Source: Terracidiphilus sp. (GTDB taxonomy: Bacteria > Acidobacteriota > Terriglobia > Terriglobales > Acidobacteriaceae). From it: 64,000 nucleotides of DNA. Both the position numbers and the translations under genes were made by a program. Positions 58,258 to 64,000 of the stretch are shown piece after piece (the stretch's first letter is position 1; every line of letters begins with the position of its first letter). The notes under the pieces were generated by a model. The model was not told the DNA's origin and made no database searches. It saw nothing but the letters and a program-made list of their open reading frames with translations. The DNA lies in contig DATJMU010000135.1 in assembly GCA_035508555.1 (NCBI GenBank), forward strand, positions 16,607-80,606, in the 5' to 3' direction.

Positions 58258-58302
58258 TGGAGCGGGAGACCGGGATCGAACCGGCGACATTCAGCTTGGG
58301 AA
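58258..58302 (-). pseudogene. 3' fragment of tRNA-Gly(CCC), interpreted as an attachment site
   Basis: The minus strand reads TTCCCAAGCTGAATGTCGCCGGTTCGATCCCGGTCTCCCGCTCCA (anticodon loop to CCA). The upstream sequence is not a tRNA 5' half. Confidence 0.9.
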
Positions 58303-58430
58303 ACTGCACGTAAATTGAAAACAAAGAACATCGCGAATTCCGGCACCTCTTTCCGGCGATTGAGTTTACGGGGAATTCGCAGTTTTCGATGGCGCGGCGC
58401 TTAATGGAGTTCAAACGGAGTTCACGGATT

Positions 58431-59057
58431 CTATCGTCTTGCCATTCGCAGTCGTATAGCTCGCCGACCTGCGGCGGGTTGGCGCGGAGGTTGATTACAT
58501 GGTGGACAAGTGACACAGCACCGCGGTTGAGGAGAGGCGCCCGGTGCCGCTGCACCATGGGTGGAAGAAATTGCAACGCAGAGTATGAGCGTCCAGGCAC
58601 CAGCGATGAGGAGTGGGGTTACCATCGCCGCGGAGATGCCCCAGTTCTTGACCGAAGTACTTCCCGCACCCGCGATGCCGGGCATAACTCCGCGCAGAGC
58701 CTGAGAGATTCCCGAATCAACCTTCGCGTGGTTCCAGTCCTTGCAAAGCCTTTCAATTGCAAAATAGGCTGCGAAAACACTCGCGAACGCGAGGATGGCG
58801 ATCGCCGTTCCAATCGAAGCCAGAAGTATCGCCAGATGGAGCCGTTGCGGAAGCAGGAAGCCCGTAACATCCCCTGGCTGCCATTCGCCCATGACCCCAA
58901 ATGTTGCAAACAAGAAGCCCTGAATGAGAAGATGCCAGGTCGAGCGATGATTGATGAGGTCGTCTTCATGTTTCATGTAATCGCGGTAGATCGAGTACAG
59001 CTCCTTCATGACGTTGAAATTTCCGTCTTCTGTCCATGAAACTTGCTGATCTGTCAT
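58431..59057 (-). CDS. Hypothetical 3-TM membrane protein
   Basis: YMKHEDDLINHRSTWHLLIQGFLF followed by hydrophobic helices; GGGAG RBS. Confidence 0.7.
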   Translation of the reverse strand: MTDQQVSWTEDGNFNVMKELYSIYRDYMKHEDDLINHRSTWHLLIQGFLFATFGVMGEWQPGDVTGFLLPQRLHLAILLASIGTAIAILAFASVFAAYFAIERLCKDWNHAKVDSGISQALRGVMPGIAGAGSTSVKNWGISAAMVTPLLIAGAWTLILCVAISSTHGAAAPGASPQPRCCVTCPPCNQPPRQPAAGRRAIRLRMARR

Positions 59058-59309
59058 TTCGAGCTCCCGCGGGGTACAGCTGGCGCTATTCGACCGTCAT
59101 TTATTGGCTTAGACGGTTCCGGTTTTGCCCTTTTTATAACTGTGCCTGGATTCTACACCTTCTCCTCCTACCGTCCTCATTCAGCGATCCCGGCCCTTCC
59201 GTTTTTCTCGCTGGTGGGTGTTAGAGAAGTTAGAGTCTGTGTTAAGTAGTGTTACGCCCTTGACGACTCGGGCTAACACCCTGCCCCGTTTTGCGGAATC
59301 CTGAACTCC

Positions 59310-59480
59310 GGTACCTGAAACCACGAACTCTGGCACCTGATACCACGAATCCAGATACCTGAAACCCCGAATTTTGGCACCTGAAAGCACGAATCCGAGG
59401 TCTGGTACCTAAAAGCACGAATCTCTTGACACGGTACCTAAAACCACGAATATGTGCTCATGGCACCTGAAAGCACGAAT
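59310..59480 (+). repeat. Seven 19-bp iterons (putative oriV)
   Basis: Consensus GGYACCTRAAASCACGAAT at 59310, 59332, 59354, 59376, 59404, 59433 and 59462. Confidence 0.88.
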
Positions 59481-60536
59481 CCGGATGAACATCTTCTGCC
59501 CGTGAAGCACAGCAACGGCGATCTGTTCATCTGCGATGTGGCGGATGCGGCGCTTAAGGACCTGATTCCGCAGATGGAGCATCCATTTTACTCCCTCTCG
59601 AAGAAGCGGGATACCGAAATTCGGAAATACGAGCATAACGGCAATTGGCTGGAGATAACGCCGAGCGTCAAGGGGCTCGCGACCATCTATGACAAAGACA
59701 TCCTGATCTACTGCATCTCACAGATCATGGAAAAGCTGAAACGCAATGAGCGCGTGAGCCAGCGCGTCCGGATCACGAGCTATGACCTGCTCGTTTTCAC
59801 CAACCGCGGCACGTCGGGCCGTGACTATGACGCGCTGTGCGAAGCGATCGACCGCCTCGCCGGTACCCGGATCACCACCAATATCCGTACCGGCGATGAG
59901 GAGCAGCGCGACAGCTTTGGCCTGATCGATGCGGCGTCCATCCGCCGCAAGCATGGGCTTGACGGGCGCCTGCAATGGGTCGAGATCAAGCTCTCCGACT
60001 GGGTTTTCAACGCCATTCGCGGCCAGGAAGTGCTCACCCTGCACCGGGATTATTTCCGGCTCGGGAAGCCCCTGGAACGCCGCATTTACGAGCTGGCGCG
60101 CAAACATTGCGGCCGGCAAACCACCTGGCAGATTTCTCTCGAAACACTGCTCAAAAAATCAGGCTCTCAAAGTTCGACCAAGCGCTTTCGGCAGCATGTG
60201 AAAGAGATCGCGGAGCACGATCATCTGCCCGACTACCATCTCACCTTTGATGAAAAGAGCGATATGGTGATGTTCATTAACCGCGAGAACAAATGGGTGG
60301 AGCGCCCCCTGCCCTCGGACGATGAAACCTTGCCGCCCCTGCCCGACGAAGCCTATGAGGAAGGACGCAATGCCGCGCCCGGCTACGATGTCCGCGGTCT
60401 TGAAAGCGAATGGCGCGCGTTCTGGGAAGACTCCGGCAAACCGAAGCTCGCCAATCCCGCCGCCGCCTTTGTCGGCTTTTGCCGGAGCCGGCACAAGCGC
60501 GCGCCGCTCCGGAGGACAGGCACGAATGACCGTTGA
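59460..60536 (+). CDS. repA: Plasmid replication initiator RepA (RPA-type)
   Basis: MEHPFYSLSK, GLATIYDKDILIY, YFRLGKPLERRIYELARKHCG. Alternative GTG start at 59454. Confidence 0.88.
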   Translation: MAPESTNPDEHLLPVKHSNGDLFICDVADAALKDLIPQMEHPFYSLSKKRDTEIRKYEHNGNWLEITPSVKGLATIYDKDILIYCISQIMEKLKRNERVSQRVRITSYDLLVFTNRGTSGRDYDALCEAIDRLAGTRITTNIRTGDEEQRDSFGLIDAASIRRKHGLDGRLQWVEIKLSDWVFNAIRGQEVLTLHRDYFRLGKPLERRIYELARKHCGRQTTWQISLETLLKKSGSQSSTKRFRQHVKEIAEHDHLPDYHLTFDEKSDMVMFINRENKWVERPLPSDDETLPPLPDEAYEEGRNAAPGYDVRGLESEWRAFWEDSGKPKLANPAAAFVGFCRSRHKRAPLRRTGTNDR

Positions 60537-60715
60537 GCTCCCTTCCCTGCCCCGGAATCGAAACCGCGCCAGATGCCCGAGGATTCGTCTGGGAAATATT
60601 CTGGCCCTCCCCCGCTCGCCCAAGCATCCGAGCGCTCCTTGGGCAAATTCCCCGGCCTGGCGTCGATTGTGAAAACCGATCATCCGAAAACACCCTGTCC
60701 CACAAGGGGTTTAGT

Positions 60716-60895
60716 GGTACCTGTTTGGTGTCCATCAGATGCCGTAAGAGAAACCTGTCAGGTAGCTATATGGTGACCAACAGATGACATTCGGAAACCA
60801 GATAGATGACCACAGGATGCCAAATAGTCATTTTGCAGAAACCAGAACGGTTCCTCATAGATAACCACTTGTCATCGGATAGCTGACTGGTTACC
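60716..60895. repeat. 11-bp-period array of degenerate GGTNACC-like motifs (putative centromere/operator)
   Basis: Motif starts recur every ~11 bp: GGTACC, GGTGTCC, GATGCC, GAAACC, GGTAGC, GGTGACC, GATGAC, GAAACC, GATGACC, GATGCC, GTCATT, GAAACC, GGTTCC, GATAACC, GTCATC, then GGTTACC. Confidence 0.7.
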
Positions 60896-60952
60896 ATCGG
60901 ACTCTCTGATTCGCGACCCCGCCGCCGTCCACCGCCGAACCCCGGGACCCGC

Positions 60953-61663
60953 ATGCCCACCATCGCTTTTGTATCGCCCAAGGGAGGAGCGGGCAAAACC
61001 ACCTCCGCCTTTCTGCTCGCGACCGCGCTTGCGCGCTTTCAGGAAGTGACCGTCATCGATGCCGATCCCAATCATCCGATCGAGACCTGGGCGAAAGGCG
61101 GCAATGCGCCGCCGAAGCTGACGGTGATCGCGGATGTTGACGAGGACACCATCATCGAGCGCATCGAAGACGCCGCCTCAAAGACACCTTTCGTGATCGT
61201 CGATCTCGAAGGCACGGCGTCGAAGATCGTCGTCTACGCGATCTCACAAGCGGATCTCGTCATCATCCCGACGCAGGGCTCGCAGCTCGATGCCAATGAA
61301 GCGGGCCGGGCGATCCGCGTCGTGATGCAGAGCCAGAAGATGACCCGGAACGAAACGCCTTATGCGGTGCTGCTGACGCGCACCAGCCCGTCCATCCGTA
61401 CGCGGACGCAGACGCATATCCAGAACGGCCTGATCGGCGCCGGCATTCCGGTCTTCAATACCGAACTCAACGAGCGCGATGCCTTCCGGGCGGTGTTTTC
61501 GTTTCAGCAGACGCTGGAGGGACTCAATCCGGCCGACGTCGCCAATCTGGACAAGGCCAGGATCAATGTCTGGGCATTCGTCGAGGAAGTCGTCGAGCGT
61601 CTCAAGCCGGGGCAGGGGGGCGGCAGGGAGGAAGATAACTCCAGCGTGGCCGGTGCGGCATGA
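60953..61663 (+). CDS. parA: Short (type Ib) ParA partition ATPase
   Basis: SPKGGAGKTT, IDADPN, IVDLEG, IIPTQGSQLD; no N-terminal HTH. Confidence 0.9.
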   Translation: MPTIAFVSPKGGAGKTTSAFLLATALARFQEVTVIDADPNHPIETWAKGGNAPPKLTVIADVDEDTIIERIEDAASKTPFVIVDLEGTASKIVVYAISQADLVIIPTQGSQLDANEAGRAIRVVMQSQKMTRNETPYAVLLTRTSPSIRTRTQTHIQNGLIGAGIPVFNTELNERDAFRAVFSFQQTLEGLNPADVANLDKARINVWAFVEEVVERLKPGQGGGREEDNSSVAGAA

Positions 61664-61989
61664 GCGGGCGTGTTGATCCCTTTGCGATTCTGAAAGAGCC
61701 CACGGCGTTCACGACCAAGCCGAAGCCGGAAAAGCGCGTCGAGGAAAACGCCATCGACGACATCGCCCGGCAGAACAATTTTCCGAGCCGCCAGGCGCCG
61801 AAGAAGACTGCGGCGCCCAAACGCGAGCAGCGCCGCTACCGCACCGGGCGCAACCGTCATCTCGGCGTGAAGGCGACGGCGGAGACCGTCGAGCGCTTCT
61901 ACAAAGCCGCGGACAATCGCAACGTTCCGCTTGGCGAGGTGCTGCGCCTCGCGCTCGATGCCTTGGAACGGGCAGGGGGATCGAGTTGA
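61660..61989 (+). CDS. RHH-type partition/stability protein
   Basis: ATGA overlap with parA; flexible N-terminus followed by RHLGVKATAETVERFYKAAD...LGEVLRLALDAL. Confidence 0.75.
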   Translation: MSGRVDPFAILKEPTAFTTKPKPEKRVEENAIDDIARQNNFPSRQAPKKTAAPKREQRRYRTGRNRHLGVKATAETVERFYKAADNRNVPLGEVLRLALDALERAGGSS

Positions 61990-62070
61990 ATTCGAGGGGT
62001 AATGAATTCGCCATTGCTGCGTCCGGTCCCATTGTCGTCTAATGCACAGTGAGGATTGTGGGAAGCACCA

Positions 62071-62865
62071 ATGCCCGACCTGACAAGAGAATCCGCGAGA
62101 ACGTTTGCCGATCAATTTCGTTCGGCCCGCCTGACTGCGCTTGCCGATTCCGAATCCTTCGATCAAATTGTCCACGTGATTGAACGGCTCGGAAGTTACC
62201 TCACGAAAGAAGAGTACGGCGACAAGGGTGATTACGGCAGCCTCGGAAAGTATCGGTCGCGGCTGGTTGACCTTGTCAGGAGTCGAGGCCTGGCTCTTGA
62301 AAGCCGTCCCCAATTCAACCATCAGCTGACGCCCTTTGAGACGCTTTATGATCTGGTGCAGGAAGCACGGAATGACGCTCTTCATCAGGGGGCTTTTGCT
62401 CGTCATTTAACAAAACACGCGATTGAAATCGCCATTATTTTGGAGGATGTATTGAGCATCGATATGGATTCCATGGTTGCGGATTTTATGATGCGTAATC
62501 CGGTGTGTGGCGAACCGTGGCAGCCAGTTGCGTTTTTGCGTCAACAGATGTTGGCGAATTCCTATTCCTACTTACCCGTATTGAGCCGGGATAATGAATG
62601 GGGTGTCGTCTCAGACGCCGCAATCGCAATGTTCTTGGGCTCCGACCGGAAAGGAAAGGAGCGCAGGAGGCGACTCGCGATGACGCTTGAAGAGGCTGCA
62701 CTGCAGAGCGAGAGGCCGGTGCGCCTGACCTCGGCGGTGTTTATCGATGAAACAGCTCCGCTCGACCGGGCGATCGAGTTGCTCAAAGGCGCACCGATTG
62801 TGCTCGTGCGAAGCCCCGTTGGAACAAGTGTCGTCGGCATATTGACGCCTTTCGACCTCCTTTGA
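62071..62865 (+). CDS. HEPN-like domain fused to a CBS pair
   Basis: Helical N-terminus with ARNDALHQG (RxxxxH); CBS1 VADFMMRNPV...YLPV...GVVSD; CBS2 ...VVGILTPFDLL. Alternative TTG start at 62056. Confidence 0.7.
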   Translation: MPDLTRESARTFADQFRSARLTALADSESFDQIVHVIERLGSYLTKEEYGDKGDYGSLGKYRSRLVDLVRSRGLALESRPQFNHQLTPFETLYDLVQEARNDALHQGAFARHLTKHAIEIAIILEDVLSIDMDSMVADFMMRNPVCGEPWQPVAFLRQQMLANSYSYLPVLSRDNEWGVVSDAAIAMFLGSDRKGKERRRRLAMTLEEAALQSERPVRLTSAVFIDETAPLDRAIELLKGAPIVLVRSPVGTSVVGILTPFDLL

Positions 62866-62883
62866 CAAAGCGGAGGCAACACA

Positions 62884-63507
62884 ATGACGCGCCCCGAATT
62901 CGAAGATCTTCCGTTTGATAAGCGACCGGATCTCACCCCTTATCTTGTTCACCTCACGCGGAATTCGGAAGCGGAAGACGACCGTAGCGCATTCGAGAAT
63001 CTTGTAAGAATCTTGAAGTCTGGGAAAATTCGTGGGAGCACGGACAAGGGGTTCATCAAGGGTCCGACGCCTGCGGCGTGCCTTATGGACGTACCTTTTG
63101 CGTCTCTGAAATATGTCTTCGGTGACAGGAACATTGGAAAGAACGGCCCGCGTTACGAGCCATTCGGGGTGTTTTTCAGCAAGAAATATGGTTACAAGAA
63201 GGGCTGCCGTCCGGTTCTGTACCTTTCGGATGAGGAATTGGAAAATCTTGAAATTCCGGACAAGGAGAAGTGGCGGGTCGTTAGATTTGAGGTCGGGGAA
63301 GAGGGATGGATCAGCTGGCTTCACGAACGGGAATGGCGCTGCCCCAATGGTCTGAAGCTTCCTTCGAGCCCCTATGGCGTCTTGGTGCGCCGCGCTTCCG
63401 ATGCACGGCGTTTGGGTCGTCTGATAGAAAATTCACCGGATAAGTTTGCGGTGAAACCGCGGAGCATCATTCCACTTGAGGTGATTTGTCAGGGCTTACT
63501 GAAGTAA
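62884..63507 (+). CDS. AbiGi-like / ADP-ribosyltransferase-fold protein
   Basis: YLVHLTR, RILKSG, ACLMDVP, YEPFGV, GCRPVLY, HEREWR; GGAGG RBS. Confidence 0.65.
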   Translation: MTRPEFEDLPFDKRPDLTPYLVHLTRNSEAEDDRSAFENLVRILKSGKIRGSTDKGFIKGPTPAACLMDVPFASLKYVFGDRNIGKNGPRYEPFGVFFSKKYGYKKGCRPVLYLSDEELENLEIPDKEKWRVVRFEVGEEGWISWLHEREWRCPNGLKLPSSPYGVLVRRASDARRLGRLIENSPDKFAVKPRSIIPLEVICQGLLK

Positions 63508-63571
63508 GCGACTTTTGGAATTGGGCCTCTGAGCCGAGAAACTTGGCGTTCAGGCTGCGCTTACGCGATCC

Positions 63572-64000
63572 TCAGCTAAGACCGGTCGTGCAGAGTTTGG
63601 CCATCGCGGCCTCGATCAGAGACGCACGCTTTTCGAGGAAGGCTTGGTAGTCGCCGCTGATCATCTCGTCGAACGGAATCAGATGACTCGCGAGCCGGGC
63701 TCTGACCTCGGGTTCTCCAAGGTTGTTGCCATCCCGCCTCTCCCCAAGATACCGCTCCGGTTCTTTGTCTGAAATGTTTCGATTTGTTCGCCAGGTCACC
63801 AAAGCGCAGTTGAGCGCAAGATAGACTTTGTCGTCGGCAACGCTTGCCCGTGACAAATAGGCAACCGGAAAGAGATGGTGGTACTCTCGCTTACCAAGAT
63901 TCGCGCGAGTGGCGACTCCTCCGTCGGCCAAATCCAGCCCGCCTTGTCTCAGGGCGACTGCGAGAATGGCCCTGGCCAAGCGGTCTCGTCGCACCGGCCA
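63572..64000 (-). CDS. C-terminal part of a GmrSD-like (DUF262/HNH) restriction protein, partial
   Basis: EYHHLFP...NCALVTWRTNRNISDKEP..YL...HLIP; the frame is open to the window edge. Confidence 0.65.
   Translation of the reverse strand, partial: WPVRRDRLARAILAVALRQGGLDLADGGVATRANLGKREYHHLFPVAYLSRASVADDKVYLALNCALVTWRTNRNISDKEPERYLGERRDGNNLGEPEVRARLASHLIPFDEMISGDYQAFLEKRASLIEAAMAKLCTTGLS

Larger units (their letters stand above)
58258..64000. mobile_element. tRNA-Gly-integrated plasmid-like element (extends beyond the window)
   Basis: att fragment, visibly lower GC, iterons + repA + parA + RHH protein, defence-like cargo. No integrase within the window. Confidence 0.85.

Noticed and set aside
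58258-58330. Complete tRNA-Gly gene
   Set aside because: The acceptor 5' strand, D arm and 5' anticodon stem are absent.
59310-59480. Repeat array as a CRISPR
   Set aside because: Gaps between repeats are only 3-10 nt, there are no cas genes, and the array directly overlaps the repA start; iterons fit better.

Overview
GC-rich bacterial chromosomal segment. Gene families and repeat types suggest Acidobacteriota, which is an inference. Most of it is housekeeping and carbohydrate-related genes: transporters, mtnA, mscS, two Tat-type aldo/keto reductases, menG/ubiE, lepB, asmA, GH115, nagA, der, dinG, pncA, queD, waaA-lpxK, an OPT transporter and a family 5 UDG. Three accessory blocks stand out. 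(1) A small C-R/M restriction-modification island at about 30.5-32.8 kb, with a recognisable double C-box and a one-base frameshift near the methylase 3' end. (2) An aldolase-signature bacterial microcompartment locus at 34.5-44.0 kb with a divergent PduS/PduT-like redox module. (3) An element running from a tRNA-Gly(CCC) 3' fragment at 58258 past the window end. It carries an iteron-repA replicon, an 11-bp-period centromere-like array, parA plus an RHH partner, and defence-like cargo. The best candidate for an undescribed system is a two-gene operon in that cargo: a HEPN(RxxxxH)-CBS-pair fusion followed by an AbiGi/ADP-ribosyltransferase-like protein. Other notable items are an alpha-carbonic-anhydrase homologue that has lost most catalytic residues, dispersed repeats inserted in frame into der, and a 16-codon ORF behind an unusually long 16S-complementary sequence. 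All family assignments come from motif recognition by eye; no searches were run.
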